Shown here piece after piece: positions 9,785 through 19,600 of a DNA stretch of 64,000 nt (the first letter of the stretch is position 1; the number at the start of each line of letters is the position of its first letter). The notes beneath the pieces are model-generated. The model ran no database searches and was not told where the DNA came from. It saw nothing but the letters and a program-made list of their open reading frames with translations. The stretch covers positions 2,930 to 66,929 of the forward strand of contig JAJISE010000005.1 in NCBI GenBank assembly GCA_022848865.1, in the 5' to 3' direction. Source of the DNA: Thermoplasmatota archaeon (GTDB lineage Archaea > Thermoplasmatota > Thermoplasmata > RBG-16-68-12 > JAGMCJ01). The translations under genes and the position numbers were made by a program.

Positions 9785-10439
9785 TCAGATCCGGCAGCTT
9801 CATCTGTCTTGTATCCACCCTGAGATGGTTTATATCGAACTTCTCTAGAACAAGGTCTCTGAGGACAAGTATGGCGGGCTCCTCGAAGGCCCCGCTGGAT
9901 GTGTACGCGGGGTCGTTTCCAGGTATCTCTATCCCGCTCCTCAGAAGGAGCTTCCTGGCCTCGGACCTCTCCTCCCCCTTGACGCTCATCGCGGTGACCT
10001 CGTCAAAGCCGCACTCCCTCAGCTCCTGGAGGAAGACCGGTCTCCGGAAGAGCTCCTCCAACACAGACACTGCCAGAGCTGGCTTCTCCTTGTCGGAGAT
10101 CTCTGCCAACTTGCACTTATCCCCAACCGTCTCATAGATGTTCCTCTCTCGGTTCGCGGACGTCGCGTAGACCTTCGAAGGCGGTATCTGCTTCTCCCTG
10201 ACGACGCCCATGTCCGCCATCGCCCGCAGATAGCCTGTAAGAAAGAGACGATGAATCGCATGCCCGTCCTTGTTGAGCCGCCTCGCCAGACCGCTTATCG
10301 ATCTCTCCTCCTCCTTGACATACGAGATGATCAGATTCTTCAAAGTTCTCTCGGGGACAAACAACTGCTCACCGACCGGGTAACATACTTGGTAACAAAT
10401 AAGTCTTTTCATCCCCACAATGCCCTCAGACCTGGTCAC
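9780..10439 (-). CDS. Hypothetical protein, possibly a winged-helix regulator. It has a GTG start with a TATA box about 26 nt upstream, so it is likely leaderless.
   Basis: 219-aa ORF. TTTATA at about 10461-10466 on the minus strand. The alternative start is Met10 (MKRLICY). Confidence 0.5.
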   Translation of the reverse strand: MTRSEGIVGMKRLICYQVCYPVGEQLFVPERTLKNLIISYVKEEERSISGLARRLNKDGHAIHRLFLTGYLRAMADMGVVREKQIPPSKVYATSANRERNIYETVGDKCKLAEISDKEKPALAVSVLEELFRRPVFLQELRECGFDEVTAMSVKGEERSEARKLLLRSGIEIPGNDPAYTSSGAFEEPAILVLRDLVLEKFDINHLRVDTRQMKLPDLS

Positions 10440-10625
10440 AAAGCCAGTTCAAAAACCTCTATAAATCCCGTTCGCTCTCTACCCGACGGGCCGGCGTCTA
10501 CTTGTTCGTTTCACACATTACGATAACTCCCCCTTTTATTTTTTGACTGGTTGAGTTGATATTACGCTTATTGATATTCAGAAGAGAACCTATATACCGA
10601 TTCAAATGGCTCTCAACAATCGCTG

Positions 10626-11336
10626 ATGCAGGAGAATGGAAGGTTCAAGAGCTATGTCCTTGGCTTTGATGACAAGCTGGACGGCGGAATCCCGGAAGGC
10701 CACATCGTTCTCGTTTGTGGAGAACCGGGCACGATGAAGTCCAGCTTGGCCTTCAGCATGCTGTACAACAACGCGCTGAAGGAGGACAGGGTCGCGGCCT
10801 ATCTCTCGCTCGAGCAGGGGAGGGACAGCCTGCTCAAGCAGATGAAGGGGATGGGGATGGACCCGCAGAACGTCGAGGACAAGCTCAGCATAGTCGACCT
10901 GAGCCTGATCAGGCGGAACCTGGAAACGCTCAAGGACCAGAGTTGGGTGGAAATCTTCAAGATGTACGCCTCCAATCTGAAGAAGAACACGGATTTCGAC
11001 CTCTTCTGCCTCGACTCGCTCTCGATCCTGGAGACGCTCGCCCGTTTCGAGTATCCCAGGGAGGAGCTCTTTCAGCTCTTCGAGTGGCTCAAGGACCTTG
11101 GTACGACGTGCCTGATCATCAGCGAGATGAACATCGGTGAGAAGCCGTTCGGCAGGTACGGGGAGGACTTCGTGGCAGACGGCATCATCCACGTGAAGAT
11201 GGAGAACGTGGACGAGGTCAACGTCCAGAGGCGCATAAGATGCGTGAAGATGAGGGGCACGAGTCACAGCCCGAACTACTACACGCTCCTTTTCGAAGAT
11301 GGCGTGTTCCAGGCGACGAGGGTCATCAGCGAATAG
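10626..11336 (+). CDS. KaiC-like / RecA-superfamily ATPase (single KaiC domain, FlaH/ArlH-like size) with a degenerate Walker A
   Basis: DGGIPEGHIVLVCGEPGTMKSSLAF. The P-loop reads GEPGTMKS, with Met in place of the conserved Gly. Walker B-like LFCLDSL. 236 aa. Confidence 0.75.
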   Translation: MQENGRFKSYVLGFDDKLDGGIPEGHIVLVCGEPGTMKSSLAFSMLYNNALKEDRVAAYLSLEQGRDSLLKQMKGMGMDPQNVEDKLSIVDLSLIRRNLETLKDQSWVEIFKMYASNLKKNTDFDLFCLDSLSILETLARFEYPREELFQLFEWLKDLGTTCLIISEMNIGEKPFGRYGEDFVADGIIHVKMENVDEVNVQRRIRCVKMRGTSHSPNYYTLLFEDGVFQATRVISE

Positions 11337-11470
11337 GCGGTCCATTTTCTTGGTGGCCAGCCAGCTTCGGAACCTTTTTATAACCTTTGCGTAATAGGTT
11401 CAACTAGCCACGGTGGTGTGGGCAGCACCATAATGAATGCCTAGGCTGATAAATGAGAGGAGGCTTCGAA

Positions 11471-14400
11471 ATGAAGTTAACGGAAGGGGAATCCTTCGCC
11501 AGGGTTTTGGCAATCGCGGTAGGACTTCTGATGGTTGTGCCGGCGACATACATCGCCGGATTTAGCACGCCTCTGGAGATGGTTACCGCGGAGACCACAT
11601 TTGTGTATTTCGGCAGCGAGAACGACCGCGACGCTCTGATGGAGTCGGGCGTTGAGATACTGGAGATCTACGACTCGTTTGCACTCGTGAGGACGACGAC
11701 CGCGCAGAACGACATGTTCCAGTCCCAAGGGATGATAGTGGACATGCCGTACGACCTGCACGCCATCCACGTGAACGGCATGATCATCGACACGCGCGTG
11801 GGGGAGTCGGAGATACCCGCCAACCTCAGGTTGGAGGCGTACAGGAGCGACGTGGACGGCCACTACCTCGTGCAGTTCCATGGACCTGTGAAGGAAGAGT
11901 GGAAGCAGGACATCGAGAGACTGGGAGGCAGGGTACTCAACTACATCCCGAATGACGCCTTCATCGTCCAGCTCGATGCGGAGCTCCTCGACGACGTGCG
12001 GTCCTTGACGGAGGTCCAGTGGCTGGGCGTGTTCCAGCCGGCGTACAAAGTCAGACCCGCCCTGTTCGAGATGAGCGGGAGGGTCTCCGTGAAGATAATC
12101 ACGTTCGCAGACGAGGGTCTTGGCCAGGTGGTAAGCTCGCTGCACAGGGACCAGATCAACTCGTACTTCGAGACCGATGACTTCGGCGTGGTCAAGGCCG
12201 AGGTCGACGTGACCGACATCCCGAGCTTCGCCAAGCTCAACTCGGTGCAATACATCGAGCCCATCTATGAGATGGAGCCGACGAACGCCAACATGCAGTG
12301 GATCATGCAGACCGACATACCAGACAACAGAAGGCTGTGGGACATGGGCCTCCACGGTGAGGGGCAGATCATAGCGGTCGCGGACACCGGGCTCGACTTC
12401 GACCACAGGTTCTTCCGCGAGGACGGTGGCACGGTCCAGACAGGTGACATCTACAACGTCACGGACCTCAACAGGAGGAAGGTCGTGAGATACCAGACCA
12501 TGAGTCACTGGATCGGCATCGACAGGATGACCGACCCGTGGGCCTGGAAGGACAGCGCGTACATGTGGGTAGCCGGGAACATCACGTCGGGCCACGGGAC
12601 CATGGTCTCGGGGACACTAACGGGGAACGATGACCCGCTTGGGGCAAGCCTGAATGACGGCATCGCCAAGGGCGCCAAGATATACTTCCAGGACATCGGG
12701 ACGCTCTACAAGAACCCGGAATGGAGCGACTGGTGGGACGACTCGCTGCGGTTCATTCCCGATGATTATCACGACCTGTTCTGGGACCCGTACAATGACA
12801 CTGCGAGGATCCACAGCAACAGCTGGGGCGCGAAGAACTCCGACTACGACCTCGAAGCCATGATGGTTGACAAGTTCATGTGGGAATACCCGGAGATGCT
12901 TGTCGTCTTCTCCACAGGTAACGATGGGCTCAACGGTCCGGGCAGCCCCGCGACAGCGAAGAACACCATTGCGGTGGGGTGGCATGGCAATTTCCCGAAC
13001 CAGGACAAGGTGGACTCCTCAAGTTCGGTCGGTCCAACAGACGATGGTAGGCGCACGCCCACGGTCATGGCTGTGGGGCAAGGCGTCTCCTCGCGGTCAA
13101 GCGGAAACAACTGGGACAACTCGAACATCGGGAACGAGCTCGGTTGGCAGGGAACGAGCTATTCCGGTCCCGTCGTCTCAGGTCTCGCCGCGATCACCCG
13201 CCAGTACTACACGGAAGGCTGGTACCCGACGGGCAACGCGGTCCCCGCGAACGGGTTCACACCCAGCGGGGCCCTTCTGAAGTCCACGATAGCCGTCGCC
13301 GGACAGCAGATGCAGGGGGCAAGGGCGGACAGGATGTTCGAGGGGACATGGCCCAACAGGGCACAGGGCTGGGGAAGAGTGGTCCTGGACAACGCACTCT
13401 ACTTCCCGGGTGATGCCAGCAGACTTCACATCGTCGACCACACTGAGGGCCTCGCGACAGGAGAGAGCGTGGAGTACACCTACTACGCCTCGAGCGGCGC
13501 AATCCCGTTCAAGGTCGCGATGGCGTACAGCGACTATCCCGGAGCGACGCCGACGACCAAGGCGCTCGTGAACAATCTGGATCTTCTTGTCACATCCCCT
13601 ACGGGGGAGACCTTCAAGGGGAACGTGTTCACCTCGGGAAACGTCTACGTCGATTACATGGAGTCCAGGCCCGACTTCGGGTCCTACGACATCGACAACC
13701 CGCTGGAGACTGTTCTCGACCTGTCCCCGAGCATCGGCTTCTGGAAGGTGAGGGTGACGGGGACGAACGTTCCCTCCGGGCCTCAGCCCTTCGCGCTGTC
13801 GATAATCGGTGCGACGGACCCGGGCTACGGACAGCTGTTCCTCGACAGGACTCTGTACGGAGACTCGGACACTATCACCATAACGGTGGAAGACGCGGAT
13901 GCGGTCGGCCCTCTGATCGTTCCGGTGTACAGCGACACGGAGACCGGCGGTGAGAATGTCACACTCCTCGAGATCGGAGCAGGTGTGTTCGAGGGGGCGA
14001 TCAATACCGCCTTCGGCACACCAACCGCCGACGGAGCCCTCCAGGTGAGCGAGGACGACACGGTCACGGTCGAGTACGCGGACACGACGGTCCCAATTAG
14101 GACCCTCCAGCAGACGGCGCTCATAGACGGCGCACCTCCGATGATAACGGGCGTGAAGGCGACGAGGATAACCAACGCGGCCGCCACGATAGTGTGGAAC
14201 ACGGACGAGTCGGCGACCTCGACGGTCTTCTACGACACCAGCCCTGTGTCTCTGACTAATACTGCGGTCAAGACGCCTGCTGGTCTCTTCGTCTCCCATT
14301 CCATTGATGTTATCGGCCTGCAGACAGGCTTGAGGTACTACTTCGACGTCGAGTCGACGGACAGATTCGGACACACGACTCTGGATGATAACCAGGGACA

Positions 14401-16612
14401 GCACTACAGCTTCGTTACGACCGAGAAGGCGGAGCTTCTCCTCGTCATCGGCGACGACACGTTCCCGCCGGAGAGTGTCGATAGGTACAAGAACGCGTTC
14501 GAGAGCTTCGGGTGGTCCTACAACGAGTGGTATGTGGACAGAAGCGGCGTTCCGACGCTAATGCTGCTCCAGGGATACAAGGTCGTGCTCTGGCAGACCG
14601 GCCTGGAGGAGTATCCACCGTTCGAGCCTGAGGAAAGGGTCCTGATAACGAACTACATAGACGAGGGAGGACGGTTCTTCGTCTCCTCGCACGACGTCGC
14701 ATGGGCGCTTGCCAAGGACTCCGGTTCCGAATACGCGTCAGTAGAGTCCGGACAGTGGGTCAATTCCACACTGAAGGCGGACTGGGACATAGACCCCAGC
14801 CTCTGGACGGCCAACGAGGGGTCCATCGGAGACCCGATCAGCAATGAGTACGTTGGATTCAACCGGGTAAATTACGAGCCCCACAGGTCAGGTGGTTCTG
14901 GGGATGAGGTTAAGGCTCAGAGCTACGGTGGATCCGCCTCGACCGTCTGGATGAACTACGGGATCGATGCTTCCCCGGGGGATATCGGGCTCAAGTGGGT
15001 CTCCTCGGCTGCGAACGGGACCGCGGGGCCTGGGAAGGTCTGGGGAGGTCAACCATCTAAGCTGGCCTTGTACTTCTTCGAGGTCTCCCGAATCAACTTC
15101 GCGGACGTGAACGACCTGGACAGAGGCTCGATAATCAACAAGACGGTCGTGTGGCTGATTGGCCACGACCATCCAGATGTCCAGGTGATCTCTCCCAACG
15201 GCGGAGAGGTCTTCGTCGGGAACACCGTACAGATCGACTGGAGCCGCCAGGTGTACTCGTCAGGCGTAAACAGCCAGGCGCTCTTCTACAGCCCGGACGA
15301 CGGTCAGTCATGGGTGAGGATAACGCCCGACCCGCTGCCGGGAGACACGACCTACAACTGGAACGTGATCGGCCTGCAGAACGGGATACACTACCGCGTG
15401 AAGGTCGTTGTCGAGGACGACGGCGTCCCCTACCCGATGCTCAACGGCACGGACATATCGGACGACACGTTCACGATCCTGAAGCCCGGGGGAGACAATG
15501 TTGGCCCCATAACCGTCCCGGGAAGCATAAACGCAGTCCCGAACCCGGGCGAGAGGTACACGAGCATCGCATTCACGGCGACCGTCGACGATACGAACTA
15601 CGGGAACTCGATGATACAGGCCGTGGAGTTCTACATGGACGCTCCTGGACCCGACGGCGGAGGAACGCCGATGAGCCCTGTGGACATCTTCGACACCGCC
15701 CTGGAGCAGGCCACTTGGACCGGCTCGGCGGACTGGCCGCCCGGAGTGCACTGCATCTTCATCCACGGGCAGGACGCCGCGAACAACTGGGGCGAGTGGG
15801 AGTCCAGGTGCTTCACCATGCTCGGCAAGGTAGTGCAGGCCGCATCCAACTTCATGGCGGGAATCACTGGATTCGCCTACGCGGATGTGACCCTCGCATG
15901 GACATTGTCACCTGACGACCCGCTTGACGTGACCAACTATGCCATCTACTACGGAACGAGCTATGACCCGACGGCTACAAGCTACTCGTTCCTCGCCAGC
16001 GTCCCGAACCAGACGGGAATGTACGTTCACGCAGGAGCTGGTTCGGCCATCAGCAATTACTACTACGCGATATACTCCAACAGCTCGGGCGGCGATTCCA
16101 CCATGGCCTCGCAGCAGGCGGCGAAGTACTGGATACTTCTTATTGGGGGCGTGAACTTCATCTCGGTGCCGATCACGCCATCCGACCCGTTCCCGGCAAC
16201 GGTGTTCAAGATGATGGACACCGACTTCAGGGTCTGGACCTACGACCCGCTGGCGGGCGGTTGGGACAGTTTCAATTCGGTCAAGCCCTACGGCGGAGGA
16301 TTGTCCACGATTATGCCTGGCAAGGGCTACTGGTTGGACGTTCCCGCAGCGGACGATCTCCACGTCGCTGGATACGTGCAGACCCAGGTCTCGATCGAGC
16401 TGATCTCGCCCTGGACGCTTGTCGGATACCCATCGCTCACGGGCTCGATGACGGTCGGTGACCTGAAGGCGACGACCGGGGCGACGAAGGTCGAGGGATA
16501 CTCGGCGGCAGCGCCCTACCACCTGCAGGAGCTTGCGGACGTGTACGTCCTTGCACCCGGAGAGGCCTACTGGGTCGGCGGCGCCGACTACATCTGGCTG
16601 GTCTACATCTGA
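11471..16612 (+). CDS. Giant secreted subtilisin-like serine protease (peptidase S8), 1713 aa. Domain order: N-terminal hydrophobic signal or anchor, propeptide-like region, S8 catalytic domain, beta-sandwich, Fn3-like domain, an insert of about 520 aa, and a conserved C-terminal module.
   Basis: Catalytic Asp in DTGLDFDH, His in HGTMVSGT, Asn in NDGLNGPGSPATAKN, Ser in GTSYSGPVVSG. GGAGG lies 9 nt before the ATG at 11471 (the track ORF starts at 11453). TTTTTATAA promoter at about 11379. Confidence 0.85.
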   Translation: MKLTEGESFARVLAIAVGLLMVVPATYIAGFSTPLEMVTAETTFVYFGSENDRDALMESGVEILEIYDSFALVRTTTAQNDMFQSQGMIVDMPYDLHAIHVNGMIIDTRVGESEIPANLRLEAYRSDVDGHYLVQFHGPVKEEWKQDIERLGGRVLNYIPNDAFIVQLDAELLDDVRSLTEVQWLGVFQPAYKVRPALFEMSGRVSVKIITFADEGLGQVVSSLHRDQINSYFETDDFGVVKAEVDVTDIPSFAKLNSVQYIEPIYEMEPTNANMQWIMQTDIPDNRRLWDMGLHGEGQIIAVADTGLDFDHRFFREDGGTVQTGDIYNVTDLNRRKVVRYQTMSHWIGIDRMTDPWAWKDSAYMWVAGNITSGHGTMVSGTLTGNDDPLGASLNDGIAKGAKIYFQDIGTLYKNPEWSDWWDDSLRFIPDDYHDLFWDPYNDTARIHSNSWGAKNSDYDLEAMMVDKFMWEYPEMLVVFSTGNDGLNGPGSPATAKNTIAVGWHGNFPNQDKVDSSSSVGPTDDGRRTPTVMAVGQGVSSRSSGNNWDNSNIGNELGWQGTSYSGPVVSGLAAITRQYYTEGWYPTGNAVPANGFTPSGALLKSTIAVAGQQMQGARADRMFEGTWPNRAQGWGRVVLDNALYFPGDASRLHIVDHTEGLATGESVEYTYYASSGAIPFKVAMAYSDYPGATPTTKALVNNLDLLVTSPTGETFKGNVFTSGNVYVDYMESRPDFGSYDIDNPLETVLDLSPSIGFWKVRVTGTNVPSGPQPFALSIIGATDPGYGQLFLDRTLYGDSDTITITVEDADAVGPLIVPVYSDTETGGENVTLLEIGAGVFEGAINTAFGTPTADGALQVSEDDTVTVEYADTTVPIRTLQQTALIDGAPPMITGVKATRITNAAATIVWNTDESATSTVFYDTSPVSLTNTAVKTPAGLFVSHSIDVIGLQTGLRYYFDVESTDRFGHTTLDDNQGQHYSFVTTEKAELLLVIGDDTFPPESVDRYKNAFESFGWSYNEWYVDRSGVPTLMLLQGYKVVLWQTGLEEYPPFEPEERVLITNYIDEGGRFFVSSHDVAWALAKDSGSEYASVESGQWVNSTLKADWDIDPSLWTANEGSIGDPISNEYVGFNRVNYEPHRSGGSGDEVKAQSYGGSASTVWMNYGIDASPGDIGLKWVSSAANGTAGPGKVWGGQPSKLALYFFEVSRINFADVNDLDRGSIINKTVVWLIGHDHPDVQVISPNGGEVFVGNTVQIDWSRQVYSSGVNSQALFYSPDDGQSWVRITPDPLPGDTTYNWNVIGLQNGIHYRVKVVVEDDGVPYPMLNGTDISDDTFTILKPGGDNVGPITVPGSINAVPNPGERYTSIAFTATVDDTNYGNSMIQAVEFYMDAPGPDGGGTPMSPVDIFDTALEQATWTGSADWPPGVHCIFIHGQDAANNWGEWESRCFTMLGKVVQAASNFMAGITGFAYADVTLAWTLSPDDPLDVTNYAIYYGTSYDPTATSYSFLASVPNQTGMYVHAGAGSAISNYYYAIYSNSSGGDSTMASQQAAKYWILLIGGVNFISVPITPSDPFPATVFKMMDTDFRVWTYDPLAGGWDSFNSVKPYGGGLSTIMPGKGYWLDVPAADDLHVAGYVQTQVSIELISPWTLVGYPSLTGSMTVGDLKATTGATKVEGYSAAAPYHLQELADVYVLAPGEAYWVGGADYIWLVYI

Positions 16613-16655
16613 GCAGGCTCATATAGGCGGCTTGACTAAAGCAAAGTGAACCCCC

Positions 16656-19600
16656 ATGACGAGCAGAAGCGTCATCGCAGTAATGCTATCCCTCGCGTTC
16701 ATCCTGACAATCGGTCCAGTTGACCTCGCCTCGACGAAAGGAGAGGTGTACGACGCGCGGGTGGGCGATCCGCACTACCTCGGAATCTATGGATTCGCTT
16801 TCGATACCAGGAACGGGGAGCCGCTGATTCCCGCCGCTCTGAGAGTGACAGACTATCCCACTGGAGGCGATGGTTACTACATCGTGCAGTTCAGCGGTCC
16901 CGTCACGGAGGAGTACAAGGAGTCGCTGACGCGAGCGGGCGGGGAGATCGTGAACTACGTTCCTTCGAATGCTTTCCTCGTGAGGATGGCCCCCGGACTG
17001 CGCACGAACCTGGAGAAGGTCCAGGCAGTCCAGTGGACGGGCGTCTTCCAGCCCGCGTACAAGATAGTGCCCGAGCTCACGTTCGAGGCGGGGATAGTCG
17101 AGGCCCAGATCATCACGTTCAATCCGGATGGCGTCAACGCCGTTCTCGAGCTGCTCCCGGAGCGCAGGGTCATCTACACGTACGAGGGCAAGGACTTCGG
17201 CAGAGTGGACGCCCGCGTGACCTACGAGCAGGTCGTCGAAATCGCCCGCCTCGCCGACGTCAACTTCATACAGCCGCGAGAGGTTCCGGAGGTCCAGAAC
17301 AGGCGGATGCAGTGGATAATGCAGACGAACGTCCAAAACGACAGGCGCATCTGGGACATGGGGATATCAGGCGAGGGACAGCTCGTCGGGTTCTCCGACA
17401 CGGGGATAGATTTCGACCACAACTTCTTCCGCGAGAACGCGACGACGATACAGAAGGGCGACATCTATAACGTCACGGACACGACCCGAAGGAAGCTCGT
17501 GCGGTACTGGGTGCACGGCGGCGCAAACCAGGAGTGGGCATGGAAGGACAGCCCCAACCGCTGGGACCCCGGCGCTGGATGGGCGACCATAGGACACGGG
17601 ACCATGGTGACGGGGACGTTCGGCGGCAATGACGATTCGATCGGCTCGAGCACCAATGACGGAGGCGCCAAAGGCGCCAAGGTGTTCTTCCAGGACATAG
17701 GAGACGTGCAGCAATGGGGAGGATACTGGCGGGATGCCTTGGCCTGGGTACCCTCTGACTACGACAATCTCTTCGGTCCCGCCTACAACGCGGGCGCGAG
17801 GGTGCACTCAGGTTCCTGGGGCTCCTCCACGACCGCCTACACGCAGGGCGCGCAGATGCTGGACGAATTCATGTGGAACAATCCTGATATGCTGATCATA
17901 TTCTCGAACGGGAACGGAGGCGGGGGCTGGTACGACGTCGTTAGCCCCGCCACTGCCAAGAACGTGCTGTCATCGGGATCGAGCGCGACGTCTCCGAACC
18001 AGAACAGCGTCGCCGACTACAGCAGCCCCGGACCGACCTCCGACGGTAGGAGAAAGCCCACCGTCATTGCGGTCGGAGAAGGCACCTCATCCATGTCTAC
18101 GGGGAACCCGAGGGACGATACGAACACGGCCTGGGAGGCGGGCTGGGGCGGAACGAGCTACTCGGCACCCGACCACGCATCGCTCGCGGCCATGACCCGC
18201 CAGTACTTCATGGAGGGTTGGTGGCCGACTGGGACGAAGAACCCCGCGGATGGTTTCGAGCCCTCCGCAGCATTGGTGAAGGGCGTGCTGGCGGCAAGCG
18301 CCCAGCAGATGACCGGCTCGTACACGGACAGGGAGAACGAGAACACCTGGCCCAACAACGCACAAGGCTGGGGGCGGGTCCTCCTGGACGACGCACTCTG
18401 CTTCGCCGGGGACACGAGGCGCATGGAGATCGTTGACGACACGTCCAGCCTGAGCACGGGAGAATCAAGGATCGAGTCCTACTACGTTCTCGATTCCGCA
18501 GAGCCGCTGAGGGTGATGCTCACGTGGACCGATTATCCCGGGGTCGCGTGGACCACACCGAACATCGTGAACGACCTCGACCTTCTTGTGACGGACCCGC
18601 TCGGAACCACGTACAAGGGCAATGTCATGGGGACCTTCGCTCAGGGAGAGTCGCAACCCGACACAGGCAGCTACGACAGGCTGAACGTGCAGGAGGGCGT
18701 CCACATCAAGAGCCCCATGGTGGGCGCGTGGACGATAGAAGTGATAGGGTACAACGTCCCGAGCGGCCCGCAGCCCTACGCCCTGGTGGCGCTCGGCGAC
18801 CTCGGCACGGGCTGGGGGCAGGTGTACCTGGACCGGAGCGTCTACGGGGACAGCGACACGATAGGGATAACTGTCCGGGACACGGGACCGACGGCCGTGA
18901 ACGTGACCATCTGGAGCACGACGGAACCCACTCCCGAGACGGTCTCGCTGAACGAGTCCGCGCCCGGCTCAGGGAGATGGACGGGGACGATCAACACTAC
19001 TACCGGTGCGCCAACGACTGACGGAGAGTTGCAGGTCTCGGAGGGCGATCTGGTGACCGTTCAGTACGACGACATGAACCCGATACACACTTCCACGGAC
19101 ACGGCGACGATAGACGCCTCGGCCCCGCTGATATTCAACCTCATGGTAACCAACATCACGTCCACGACCGCGAACGTCATATGGAGGACGAACGAGCCCG
19201 CGGACTCGAGAGTGTACTACAACACGAGCGACCCGCTCGACGCGGAGGAATACATGAGCGGGTACCGCATCCAGCACGACGTGCTACTGACGGGACTGCA
19301 GCCCGAGACGACGTACATGTTCGACGTGGAGTCCTCGGACCCGTACGATCACACGACCACTGACACGAATGGAGGGCTGCACTACAACTTCACGACGCTG
19401 AAGCTCTCGCCCGAGCCCCCGACGAACCTCAGAGCATGGCTGTTCGGACCCAACTACATCCATGTCCATATCGAGTGGGACCTCTCGGCAGACGACGCGA
19501 CGATGATCGACCACTACACGGTGTACTTCAACACAGGCGCATACGATCCAGACGGGACGGGATACCAGTTCCTGGCGACGGTCCTGCAGGGCTTCAACTT

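Noticed and set aside
9418-9823. Two overlapping short plus-strand ORFs (78 and 95 aa) between the glyoxalase gene and the convergent hypothetical gene
   Set aside because: The region is better explained by the SRP RNA gene (conserved domain-IV motif, terminal helix, upstream TATA).}},{
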